A DNA stretch of 64,000 bases from Oligoflexia bacterium (GTDB lineage Bacteria > Bdellovibrionota_C > UBA2361 > SZUA-149 > DAOLCO01), in NCBI GenBank assembly GCA_035327825.1, contig DAOLCO010000004.1:5950-69949 (forward strand), read 5' to 3'. Both the position numbers and the translations under genes were made by a program. Below, piece by piece: positions 19,699 to 29,062 of the stretch; within the stretch, counting starts at the first letter, position 1, and every line of letters begins with the position of its first letter. A model generated the notes under the pieces. The model was not told where the DNA came from. It made no database searches and worked only from the letters and a program-made list of their open reading frames with translations.

Positions 19699-19831
19699 CG
19701 AATCTACCCTGTAAATAAGAGAAAGAGCGATTATGATTACGTTTTGTGATAAGCCGAAAAAGCATATCATAAAACGTAGCGTGTGGAAAACCCACCCGCT
19801 ACTTCGGTAAAGTAGCAAAAACCTAAATAAA

Positions 19832-20758
19832 CTAAGGAGTGGCAGGAGGAGAAAGATTCTGTTCTCTTGCCTTTAGCTCATTAGCCCAGCTTTGAAGTCG
19901 CTGTTGTCTTTTTTCTAGAAGGCCAAGGTGAAGAGTGATTTCTTCCTGATCCGGAGCAATACCTAAAGGACTTGATCTTGCTTTTGCTAGTTCAATTTCA
20001 AGAGCCTTATTTCGTTCTCGAAGCTCTTCAAGCTCTTGAAGAAGGGCAAGGACTCCTTCCTGATATTCGTTCTCAGATTTTCTGAGAGTTTCAATCAATG
20101 AGTTAATTTCCTCCGTGTTAAAAGAAGAAGTAACTGGTATAGGTTGAGCCGATTCTTCTTCTAATAACAAAGAAGGTTCTTCACGATTCAGGATAACGGG
20201 ATCAGGTATTCGAACTCCATCAATATCCCAGCAATCTAGATCATGAACAGGTAGCTGAGGGACCTGATAAATCCCCATTATAGGATCAGAAAAGAGGCGA
20301 ACTGCAAGTTCACACCAAAGATCAAACGATGCGTCAACAGTCCTTCCCTTACTACTTGTAAATTTGAAGTTTCCGGACTTGTGTCTAACGGTTATATGAC
20401 CAATCACAAGGGATTTTTCAGAACTACCAATGTCTTCCCAGGGATTCATTTTTTTCGAGATATCAATGCCCTGCCTTTTTAATTTTCGTAGAGCCTCCTC
20501 GAAATTCCTGATAACCTTCTCCTTGGAGCTGTTACCTGGATTAAAGAGATACTCATTGGTAGCAACAAGCTGATCAGGGACAAGTTTGTTATGATAGTTA
20601 AACCAAAGAACAAAATTGCACCAGCGTGCAAGAATCCTGATGTTCATTACAACATCTCTTGAAAATGTAGGATTCACTTCCCGAAAGACCCATGAGTTAT
20701 CAGATTCCTGCCTTTTGAAATGAAATCCGTTAATGGTCACATGCTCTTTTTGAGTCAT
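19832..20758 (-). CDS. hypothetical protein with C-terminal coiled coil (island gene C)
   Basis: 308-aa ORF. The C-terminal ~80 aa is heptad-like (LQELEELRERNKALEIELAKA). No known family recognised. Confidence 0.5.
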   Translation of the reverse strand: MTQKEHVTINGFHFKRQESDNSWVFREVNPTFSRDVVMNIRILARWCNFVLWFNYHNKLVPDQLVATNEYLFNPGNSSKEKVIRNFEEALRKLKRQGIDISKKMNPWEDIGSSEKSLVIGHITVRHKSGNFKFTSSKGRTVDASFDLWCELAVRLFSDPIMGIYQVPQLPVHDLDCWDIDGVRIPDPVILNREEPSLLLEEESAQPIPVTSSFNTEEINSLIETLRKSENEYQEGVLALLQELEELRERNKALEIELAKARSSPLGIAPDQEEITLHLGLLEKRQQRLQSWANELKAREQNLSPPATP

Positions 20759-20968
20759 TTTTTCTCCTTTATAGGTTAAAACCCTTTTTAATTTTCCACA
20801 CGCACATTTTGATTTGCAATTTTAAAAAGATAAAATCAAAATATGCGTATATTCGCTCTTCTACTCAAAGTAATAATTTTGCTGCAGATTCAGCCAGTTT
20901 ATATAAAACTGGGCGATTGAATTTTGTAATAAAACCGCCCAATGTATGTGAAAATTAACGAGTAGCTC

Positions 20969-22078
20969 CTAAGCTCGAATTATTTCCTCAAGTACTCTGA
21001 AACTTTGGTCTTTGAGATGAGGGAATACTGTTCCTTCCATAAAGATTTTAAGAAGTTCCATTGGCTCCAGTTGCCGGGAAGGACTTGCAACTTTTTCGAT
21101 TGACTTATGGACAGGAGTTTTTTCCTGTTTAAAGCTGACCAAGTCGCTATCCATGATTTGATTAAATGAAAGGATTGGATCTTCAATTTCGTTTGATCCA
21201 ATAATGACCAAAAGAATAAAGCCAAATTGCGAAGGTTCAAGGTTGTCCGAAATTAGAAATTTGCCTTCTGATGCAATGAAAGTATCATCATTTTCAGATT
21301 GCTCACTTCTTAGCTCATCTACAAAACCATGAGGCGTGATGTCAAAGGGAGTCTCAAGTGTTTCTTCGATTCGTAGAATGAGAAGTTTCCTCTTAATTAA
21401 CAGTGTATCATCTTTCGTGAAGAGAATATCCAGAGGGATTTGAAAATCAAAGAGTTCCAAAAGTTCTTCTGGCAACACTTCTCGAAAATCCGAATGACCC
21501 TGGTCTTTCAATTTTGAAAGTATATACTCACGAAGTTCCACCAGAGAACCGAATTCTAGCAGTTCTCCGCTCTTATCTTGTGCCAGTGATTGCTTTTCTG
21601 AAGGCTCACCATAGACCAGAGCAACTGACGAGGGATCAAAGAAGTAATTTTTACCCCTTATAATTTCTCCTGAGAGAACAACCAGGGCGACGTTTATCCA
21701 GTCAGTCCATGGAGCTGATCGAGATAAAATCTTCCATGGAAGTGAGGTAGATTCACGTTCAATAGTTACTATTCCGGAACTAACCTTTAGAAGAGTTCCT
21801 GAATTCACTTGATCTGTTCCAGATCTGAATTGAGCAAGATATTTTGCCTTTTTTAGAAATCGGCTCTCTAGTAACTTTTTAAAAAGAGTTAAAAGATCTT
21901 TGTGAGATAAGTGGTAAGTAGTATGTCCTGCGACTTCATGATAATCCATTCTCCCCCAATCTCGTCTAACAGTTCGAGACTGATACTCGTAAAACATTGA
22001 GTGATCATCATCGGATGTCTTAGGTCCTAGGATGACCTGGATGTGAGGGAGCTTGACTCCTCGTGGAGCTATGCGCAT
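20969..22078 (-). CDS. hypothetical protein (island gene B)
   Basis: 369-aa ORF with acidic stretches. No recognisable catalytic motif. Confidence 0.5.
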   Translation of the reverse strand: MRIAPRGVKLPHIQVILGPKTSDDDHSMFYEYQSRTVRRDWGRMDYHEVAGHTTYHLSHKDLLTLFKKLLESRFLKKAKYLAQFRSGTDQVNSGTLLKVSSGIVTIERESTSLPWKILSRSAPWTDWINVALVVLSGEIIRGKNYFFDPSSVALVYGEPSEKQSLAQDKSGELLEFGSLVELREYILSKLKDQGHSDFREVLPEELLELFDFQIPLDILFTKDDTLLIKRKLLILRIEETLETPFDITPHGFVDELRSEQSENDDTFIASEGKFLISDNLEPSQFGFILLVIIGSNEIEDPILSFNQIMDSDLVSFKQEKTPVHKSIEKVASPSRQLEPMELLKIFMEGTVFPHLKDQSFRVLEEIIRA

Positions 22079-22216
22079 TTTTAAATCCTTTCTTAAAAAT
22101 ATTATTCAATCACCCGTGATAAAAAAGGGTGCTTGAATCTGCAGCATCTACTCTTTATAATTTCAAAGATCAGCTAGTTTTTGTGAAAGGATGCATTTAA
22201 ACCTTTTTACTGATGC

Positions 22217-22262
22217 CAGACTCGGGGACTTGACGAATTGTCTGGTCCCCGAGTTGGCTTTT
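22217..22262. terminator. strong GC-rich hairpin (ACTCGGGGAC / GTCCCCGAGT, 10 bp) followed by TGGCTTTTT on the plus strand
   Basis: Perfect 10-bp inverted repeat with a 15-nt loop, between island genes A and B. The T-run is on the plus strand while the flanking genes are on the minus strand. Confidence 0.45.
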
Positions 22263-22279
22263 TACGAGCAGCGAAATTC

Positions 22280-23230
22280 TTAAACAGTTTTTCTCTCGTT
22301 TCTTATCTGATGAACTCTCTTTCGGAAATTATTGGCATAAAGGCGTTTTCTTCCCGCCTTGCTTTTTTCCTGAAAATCCCTTAGTTCATCCCAAAGCTCT
22401 TTAAGGGTCATTCCATTATCTCCGACTTTACCGTGCTCATTTTTTGTCCTTCTTTCAATGTCTCGGAGCACATCTTCAACATCGGAAAGCTCAGTGCATT
22501 GTCGGATTGAAGCCAGAATTCTGGAGAAGCTTACACCATCAGAGTAGTATCCACCTTGACCTCTCTCTTCCAGAACTTCTTTGGTTTCTAGTGAAAGTTT
22601 GGGCACTCCCCTGGAAATGAGAATTTGATCAATACAGTGAGCAAGATGAGATGCTCCCCCAGCTCGTTCCATTAATTCGGTAACAAGCTTTAGCTCCTTG
22701 TCAATATCATTTGACATCTCACCAACCAGTGCTTTTAGTTCATCAAGTTCAAGCCGTTCTTTTGAAATTTCTTCTCGTTTCTGTTGAAGTTCAGCCTGAA
22801 TTTCCGAACGTTCTTTTAGAAGTTCAGAAAGTTCAGCTTTTAAAGTCTGAATCTGTTCTGCAAGCTTATTAACTTCAGCACGCTTTTGAACAATATCCCC
22901 ATCAATTTTTTGTTCCTGAGGGCTTGTTTCAATTTTTGGTTCCTGTGATGAACCGATTGGCAAAGTTTCGACAAATGAGCGAATCATATCCATGCATTCT
23001 GGCATGATACGACCCTTCAATTCCAGCTGTAACTTTTCGCGAAGAACGGATTCCATCTTCTCCGCAGAGAAACGTTCTGGAACCCTCGCTTCATGCTGTT
23101 GAAGAAGAGCAGAACGAAGATTTGCTAAAGTCTGCGCTTCAAATGAAGATACACTTTTGCACCATGTTTTTACCTCAGGTTGAGACAGGAGCCATACCAC
23201 CGATCCTAATACTTCCGGATTTTTTGTCAT
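22280..23230 (-). CDS. hypothetical coiled-coil protein (island gene A)
   Basis: Long central coiled coil (QKRAEVNKLAEQIQTLKAELSELLKERSEIQAELQQKREEISKERLELDELKAL). Likely start at MTKNPEVL; the ORF track extends to 23290. Confidence 0.5.
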   Translation of the reverse strand: MTKNPEVLGSVVWLLSQPEVKTWCKSVSSFEAQTLANLRSALLQQHEARVPERFSAEKMESVLREKLQLELKGRIMPECMDMIRSFVETLPIGSSQEPKIETSPQEQKIDGDIVQKRAEVNKLAEQIQTLKAELSELLKERSEIQAELQQKREEISKERLELDELKALVGEMSNDIDKELKLVTELMERAGGASHLAHCIDQILISRGVPKLSLETKEVLEERGQGGYYSDGVSFSRILASIRQCTELSDVEDVLRDIERRTKNEHGKVGDNGMTLKELWDELRDFQEKSKAGRKRLYANNFRKRVHQIRNERKTV

Positions 23231-23276
23231 TATATATCCTTTTTGTAAAAACCTATCCATTAAAACCAAAATGCAT

Positions 23277-23327
23277 CCTGCTCCAAACAAGAAAGTAGTA
23301 AATACTACTTTCCACTTTTGAAGCAGG
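23277..23327. promoter_or_regulatory. palindromic operator-like site upstream of island gene A, in the divergent promoter region shared with the sensor kinase
   Basis: Perfect 9-bp arms GAAAGTAGT-AAAT-ACTACTTTC (23291-23312). They are nested in an imperfect outer repeat CCTGCTCCAAA...TTTGAAGCAGG. An AT-rich ~280-bp intergenic region follows. Confidence 0.4.
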
Positions 23328-23605
23328 TCTGATCCTTGTCCCGGATTACTATGTTAAAGAGATAGTCCTGAAAAAGTAGGTATAATAATACGCATACTTT
23401 TAAAGGTGAAATGAGCTAGTTTACTATCATATTAGTGGGAAAAATCAAGATTTGGATAAATCTTAAGATATATATAATAATAGTATAGTAATTATAAGTA
23501 GTTATAGCGTCACTATAGGCTAATGAGTTAAGAAACTTGAGTATTTATCCTAATAGCATTAGCTCTAATATTGAGCTAATATTTTGAATTAATACAAATC
23601 TTTAA

Positions 23606-24874
23606 ATGACGATTAATAATTCCATATCAAATCTTAGCAATCAGCAAATTATCTTCCTTGCCGAACTACCAAGGTTCCTGAATTCAACTCTGGTCACGGC
23701 TGACATTATTGATATTCTGCTAAGAAAGCTTTGCCTTGAGCTAAAATGTGAAGCTGCAACTACATTTCTACTTTCCAGCTCAGGTATGGAACTTCGCTTC
23801 TGGGCCTCGCATGGCGGAAAAAGTTCAGAGCTTTCCGGTAAAAAAATGCCTGCTGATCAGGGTATTGTAGGTTGGGTTATTAAAAACCGGAAATCTGTTC
23901 ATGTAAGAGACGTTAATAAAGATGAGAGATTTTTTAAAACAATAGATAATGAAACGGATTTTAAAACCAAAGAAATTCTCTGCTCTCCACTTATAGCACA
24001 GGGAGAAAAAATTATTGGAGCAGTTCAGGTTCTTAATTCCCTTAATGAATCGGGATTTAATGAAACTGATCAGCTATTTATTGAACGAGTGTGCGACCAG
24101 GCATCTCTCGCAATTTTTAATGCCCAGCTATATCACAATGCAAGAAAATCAGCTCAGACTCTTGCTGAACTCCAGAGAAGAAGGGATGACCTGATTTCTG
24201 TTATCTCCCATGAATTCAGAACACCTCTTAATATAATTCAAAATTCAATTGAACTTCTCGGAATGAGTGATATTAATGAAGATATGAGAAATCAAATTGA
24301 GAGTACTGCAGCGAGAAGTATAACAAAATTGACTGAGCTGATTTCCCGGATGAGGGATGTTTCAGAGTCTGCTCCTGGCAGCACTTTTATAAAAAAAGAG
24401 AAAATATCCTTAAGTGAACTTTTTAAAACACTTGAATCCGAATTTTCTATAGTGTGCAGTGATAAACGTTCCTTAAATCTCAGTTTTGATATTAGGGAGG
24501 GTGCAGAGCATGCTAAAGGTGATAGCACCCTGATTGCTGTTGCTATTATTAATTTAATCTCAAATGCTATTCGATTCACCCCAGATGGTGGAAAAATTAG
24601 TGTTACAGCAAGTAGTTCTTCAGGACTTGTCAAAATAAGTGTTTCTGATTCTGGCATAGGTATTTGCGAAAGCAATCATCAACTTATATTTGAAAAATTT
24701 TATGAAGTTACTGATGTAGCAAATCACAGTTCAGGTAAATTTGAATTTCGCTCCAGTGGCCTTGGGCTGGGACTACCAACAGTAAAAAATATCTGTGAAG
24801 CCCATGGAACAGAACTTGAGCTTCAAAGTTCTATTGATTCTGGAAGCTGTTTTAGCTTTTGCCTTCAAAAATAA
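23606..24874 (+). CDS. GAF-domain sensor histidine kinase
   Basis: N-terminal GAF-like region, HisKA H-box ISHEFRTPLN, and a C-terminal HATPase_c domain. Confidence 0.8.
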   Translation: MTINNSISNLSNQQIIFLAELPRFLNSTLVTADIIDILLRKLCLELKCEAATTFLLSSSGMELRFWASHGGKSSELSGKKMPADQGIVGWVIKNRKSVHVRDVNKDERFFKTIDNETDFKTKEILCSPLIAQGEKIIGAVQVLNSLNESGFNETDQLFIERVCDQASLAIFNAQLYHNARKSAQTLAELQRRRDDLISVISHEFRTPLNIIQNSIELLGMSDINEDMRNQIESTAARSITKLTELISRMRDVSESAPGSTFIKKEKISLSELFKTLESEFSIVCSDKRSLNLSFDIREGAEHAKGDSTLIAVAIINLISNAIRFTPDGGKISVTASSSSGLVKISVSDSGIGICESNHQLIFEKFYEVTDVANHSSGKFEFRSSGLGLGLPTVKNICEAHGTELELQSSIDSGSCFSFCLQK

Positions 24875-25135
24875 GAGTCTTTCTGAAATTCAGGAAATGT
24901 TCAAAAAAGAGCGAGAAAAGTATTAGAAAATCCCTTTAATTACAGACCTATTATGCTAAGTGCCTGAAATGATTTATTATAAAAATGTTCAAAATTGTTC
25001 ATATTTTTTAAAAAAACTCTAAAGCTTTCATAAGGTTGTGACGTTAACAATTTTAAGGGCAGGAAGTAGTTCAAAATTGTACGGACTTTCGACTCAAAGA
25101 ATTATAAGCTGAAATAAGAATAGAGATAAAAAATC

Positions 25136-25384
25136 ATGGATAATACACTAAACAAGAAAGAAAACATTGAGACAGAAGTAAATAGTTCAGTAGCTGAAGC
25201 CAAGGTAAGAAATAAAAGAATACCTAGACCAAGAAATCTGACAGTACTAAAACTTGAACTTATTGCTGAGCGTGCAAGAAAAATTAAACGAATTAAGGAT
25301 GCAATCACAGCCGGTAATTACTCAGTCGACTCAAAGCTGGTAGTTAGTGCACTTACCAAAAGTTTCTCCGAGGAGGATCTCTAG
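25136..25384 (+). CDS. flgM: anti-sigma-28 factor FlgM
   Basis: 82 aa. The C-terminal IKRIKDAITAGNYSVDSKLVVSALTK matches the FlgM sigma-28-binding region. Confidence 0.65.
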   Translation: MDNTLNKKENIETEVNSSVAEAKVRNKRIPRPRNLTVLKLELIAERARKIKRIKDAITAGNYSVDSKLVVSALTKSFSEEDL

Positions 25385-25448
25385 AAAGTAATTACAAAAA
25401 TTTAAACTGGATGCTCTAGCACTTTATTTGAGTCGCTATTAATGATAA

Positions 25449-26519
25449 TTGAGGCATAATATGAATGCCTCAAATTGTACTTCTTATATTGCAAGAATTG
25501 TTGGTGAGGAATCTCCTCTAGAGATTCATTCTGCATTTTTCGAAAGAGAAGATCTATTAAACTATCTTGTGGGAACTCGTCTCCATTCAAGCTTGTTGTC
25601 GCAAAGAAAGAGAGTTTTTTCCTTGCTTATGCGTCCAGTATGGAAAGATATAATTTCACTTCTTTCAAATCTTGGTTCAAATAGCATAGAGGGTTACCAT
25701 GTTGACCAGATTGGACGACTGGTAACAAATTTTTCCTTTGGCCTGGAAGGGGAGAAGATTCAGGCTAAATTAAGGGATAACCTTATATTGTGTCTTAAGC
25801 ATCTCATACCCTGGAGAAAGGGACCATTTTGTATTGGTGGAGTAAATATTGATGCAGAATGGGATAGTAATATCAAATACAGTGAACTTAAGAGTGTAAT
25901 TAAATATTTCTCTGGTGCAAGCATACTTGATATCGGAGGAGGAAATGGATATTACGCTTTTAGAATGCGTAAAGATGGGGCTAAATCAGTAATTTCTCTT
26001 GATCCATCAGAAAAATTTTTTTATCAATTTGAACTTTTTCAAAAATTTGCAAAAGACCCCTATACTCAATATGAACCTCTGAGTTTTGAATATGCTGGAA
26101 TGCTTGGCCACAAGTTTGATATTGTATCCTGCATGGGTGTAATATATCATCAGAAAAATCCCCTATATTTGCTTGAGTGCTGCAAAGAAGCATTAAATAG
26201 GAAAAAAGGCACTCTAATACTTGAGTCTATGGTTCTGGACAGTAATAAAAATGAATCTTTCTTTCCACCGGGAAGATATGCAAAAGCAAGAAATGTGTTT
26301 TTTATACCTTCTGTTTTAGCACTAAATGCCATGTGCCAAAGAGCTGGATTCAGAAAAATTGAACTTATAAGCATGCGTTATGTTGGACTTGAGGAACAGG
26401 CGAGGCGAGAATATGCCCCTTATGAGAGTCTTTCTGATTTTCTTGATCCAATTGACAGATCTAAAACTATAGAAGGATATCCCGCACCAGCTCGAGCAAT
26501 TATAGTAGCAAGTTTATGA
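25449..26519 (+). CDS. cmoB: tRNA U34 carboxymethyltransferase CmoB
   Basis: [23 protein letters not shown] aligns with E. coli CmoB [34 protein letters not shown] is the SAM fold; [23 protein letters not shown] is the conserved C-terminus. Confidence 0.88.
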   Translation: [356 protein letters not shown]

Positions 26520-29062
26520 CAAATTTAAACATTGTTGTTGTAAATGATCAAACACTGGAAGAGCAATATCCTTTCAGGAACTATATTAATTCGCCGATAA
26601 TTCGATTAACAAAACCATCCTCTCGCCAAAGTTTTTATGGAAGTACCATGGAAATTAATGCATGGTGCATGTTACCAGAAGAATATGAAACTCCATTATT
26701 AAAAGAACATATTTCATTAAAATGTTTTGTTGCCGCAACGGATCAGTTCGAATCAGTCGCGCTTCATGAAATCATTTATAAAGGTTCTGAAATTTTACCT
26801 CTTTCTCAATGGACCATTTCAAATCCAAAGCAATATTATCTGTCACCAGATAAGAAAATATGGGGGTTCCCACTTCAAATTTCCGGAATTTTAAACCTAT
26901 CATATTTAGATCGTAGTAGAAATTATAACATTTTTCTTCAACTTGAGCTCTTAGGTTCTGTTTGTAACTCCAATCTTGCTACTATTTATCTTGGGAATAA
27001 AGCTGAAATTGCAGGAAAAGTTCATGGTGGTCCCTTACAAATTCTTCCAAGATATATTTTTTCTGATCAACTTATTCTTCAATCATGGGCATTAGAATGT
27101 GATCATAAAATATCTTCTGTTGAAACAATAGTTAAAACAACCGAATCCAAAATAGAACATATTATCAAGAGGGTTTACACCGAAATTGATTTGTCAGGTA
27201 ATTTTTCTGCACTTCCAGATATTCCAGAGTACAAAAAATCTGGTATTGAAACTATTATCCAATTTGACAAGAATTTTTTTGACGGTAAGGATTATCAGGA
27301 CATTTCTATTCACCAGACAGTCCTATCAACTTCTGGAAAGATACATGAATTTTTGCTTGGACTATCCCGTGTCTACAATAAGACCATTCAACCTGTTTAT
27401 ATCAGCAGTGTCAAAACTACATCTGATTTCGTGGAAATATCTGGCTGCCTTTCACGTACGGCTGATATTTCTGATGTTCTTGTTATTAAAGGTAAAGGAC
27501 GTGAAGTTATTATTCCATTATCACATGATGCTAATAAGTTTTGCAAAGATGGATTTGAGCTTTCATGGTCAATCAGCCCAAATTATCCATTAGAATTTGG
27601 ATCTGTATCACTCTCTTCAGAGGATCAATTTTACCTGAAAATTTCAACTGACTCTATAAATTCCTTTGGCGACAGATTTTCCTTATCCAAGAAATCTAGT
27701 TCCGGAACAATAATACTACTTGAAGATTCCTTTTTATCACAATTTAATTTTACTTCTAGTCAAAAAAACAAGGGTTTATTAATTCCCCTGATTAATTCAT
27801 TCAAAAATGCTCTTAATATGCATTCCGGACTTACAAATCATAATGAAACTTTAAAAAACGATTATTTAAAACCATCGCCTGATTCCTCTGGCTTTAAGGA
27901 AGAAAAAAATTTACATTTTTTTATGCATAGCTTTTCTGCAACAGAAGGTGCCCCAATTGTAGCCAGTAATATTATAAAGTCTCTTTCAGAAGTTTCAACT
28001 AATAATCTCCAAATAACAGGATTTCTTGATGGTGATTTGAAAAGTGATCTTTTACCATATGCCACAAAGGTATCTCTTAGAAATGAAGGATCAATGTATT
28101 CTCAATCAACTAACCGTTACCTTAATTTGTTGAGTGAGCTTGTTGCAGGAATAAAGAGAGATAAAACTTCACTTGTTCTCGCAAATGGGCTTGATGCGTT
28201 TATTGCAATTGATGCTGCAAACAGAAGTCTTGTTCCTTCCGTCTGGATAATTCACGAAAGTGTTGATCCTGGTGATAAATATAGAGAACATGGCTTAAAA
28301 ATTCGAACTCATTTTTTATCAGCCCTTAGAAATGCTAGCAGGATAGTATTTGTCAGTGAAACTACCAGAAAATTATATTCAGATCTGATTGACTTTAAGC
28401 AAACGGTAATAATTCCTAATGGCATTGATCAGAAGTCATTTAATCTTCAAATGGATAAATATAACAGAACTAACGAAAGAGAGATGCTAGGCATTGATTC
28501 AGATACAAAGGTATTTCTCTCTGTTGGTACAATTTGCGAGAGAAAGGGGCAGGAGAGAACACTTGCGGAATTTGTACAGTTTAGAGAAAAATTTCCAGAG
28601 ATTAACTGTAAACTTGTTTTGGTAGGTGCCCGACCAATGCCTTTTCTTGAGCTAGTAAAAAAAATGATAATTGATCTTGCCCTTGTTGATCATGTAATAT
28701 TAATACCTGAAACTAAAGAGGTTCATCGCTATTATAAATTAGCAGATGCTTTTGTTATAAATTCAAGAGAAGAATCATTTCCACTTGTTGTACTAGAGGC
28801 TTTTGCCGCCGGACTTCCTGTCATTTCTACCAATGTTTATGGACTTGGAGAAATCCTAATCAACGAAACCAATGCGCTTCTGTTTGATGGAGACAAGAAA
28901 GGTCAACTGGCAGATTTGATGTACAGAATTATTAATGATTGTGGATTATCTGATAAACTCAGTCAGGGTGCTTTAAATTCTTTAAAGGCCAAATACACCC
29001 TGGAAGCAACTATTTCTCAATATAAGCAAACTATTAGAGACTGTTTTTTTTCAAAAAATTAA
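26516..29062 (+). CDS. bipartite protein: ~450-aa N-terminal domain of unknown function fused to a C-terminal GT4 (GT-B) glycosyltransferase
   Basis: C-terminal EESFPLVVLEAFAAGLPVISTNVYGLGEIL is the GT4 signature. The start overlaps the cmoB stop (ATGA), suggesting translational coupling. Confidence 0.7.
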   Translation: MTNLNIVVVNDQTLEEQYPFRNYINSPIIRLTKPSSRQSFYGSTMEINAWCMLPEEYETPLLKEHISLKCFVAATDQFESVALHEIIYKGSEILPLSQWTISNPKQYYLSPDKKIWGFPLQISGILNLSYLDRSRNYNIFLQLELLGSVCNSNLATIYLGNKAEIAGKVHGGPLQILPRYIFSDQLILQSWALECDHKISSVETIVKTTESKIEHIIKRVYTEIDLSGNFSALPDIPEYKKSGIETIIQFDKNFFDGKDYQDISIHQTVLSTSGKIHEFLLGLSRVYNKTIQPVYISSVKTTSDFVEISGCLSRTADISDVLVIKGKGREVIIPLSHDANKFCKDGFELSWSISPNYPLEFGSVSLSSEDQFYLKISTDSINSFGDRFSLSKKSSSGTIILLEDSFLSQFNFTSSQKNKGLLIPLINSFKNALNMHSGLTNHNETLKNDYLKPSPDSSGFKEEKNLHFFMHSFSATEGAPIVASNIIKSLSEVSTNNLQITGFLDGDLKSDLLPYATKVSLRNEGSMYSQSTNRYLNLLSELVAGIKRDKTSLVLANGLDAFIAIDAANRSLVPSVWIIHESVDPGDKYREHGLKIRTHFLSALRNASRIVFVSETTRKLYSDLIDFKQTVIIPNGIDQKSFNLQMDKYNRTNEREMLGIDSDTKVFLSVGTICERKGQERTLAEFVQFREKFPEINCKLVLVGARPMPFLELVKKMIIDLALVDHVILIPETKEVHRYYKLADAFVINSREESFPLVVLEAFAAGLPVISTNVYGLGEILINETNALLFDGDKKGQLADLMYRIINDCGLSDKLSQGALNSLKAKYTLEATISQYKQTIRDCFFSKN

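Noticed and set aside
17162-23290. Strong claim of GC-content anomaly for the whole island
   Set aside because: Hand counts of 100-nt windows gave 41-51% for the GHKL gene versus ~40% for aspS, pheT and dnaB, but minD also counted ~50%. Per-gene variance is large. I keep this only as a tentative point pending proper windowed computation.
24874-25136. Sigma-28 promoter upstream of flgM
   Set aside because: I looked for TAAA-N15-GCCGATAA. Only a TAAAGCTTT...ACGTTAAC partial resemblance is present, which is not convincing.
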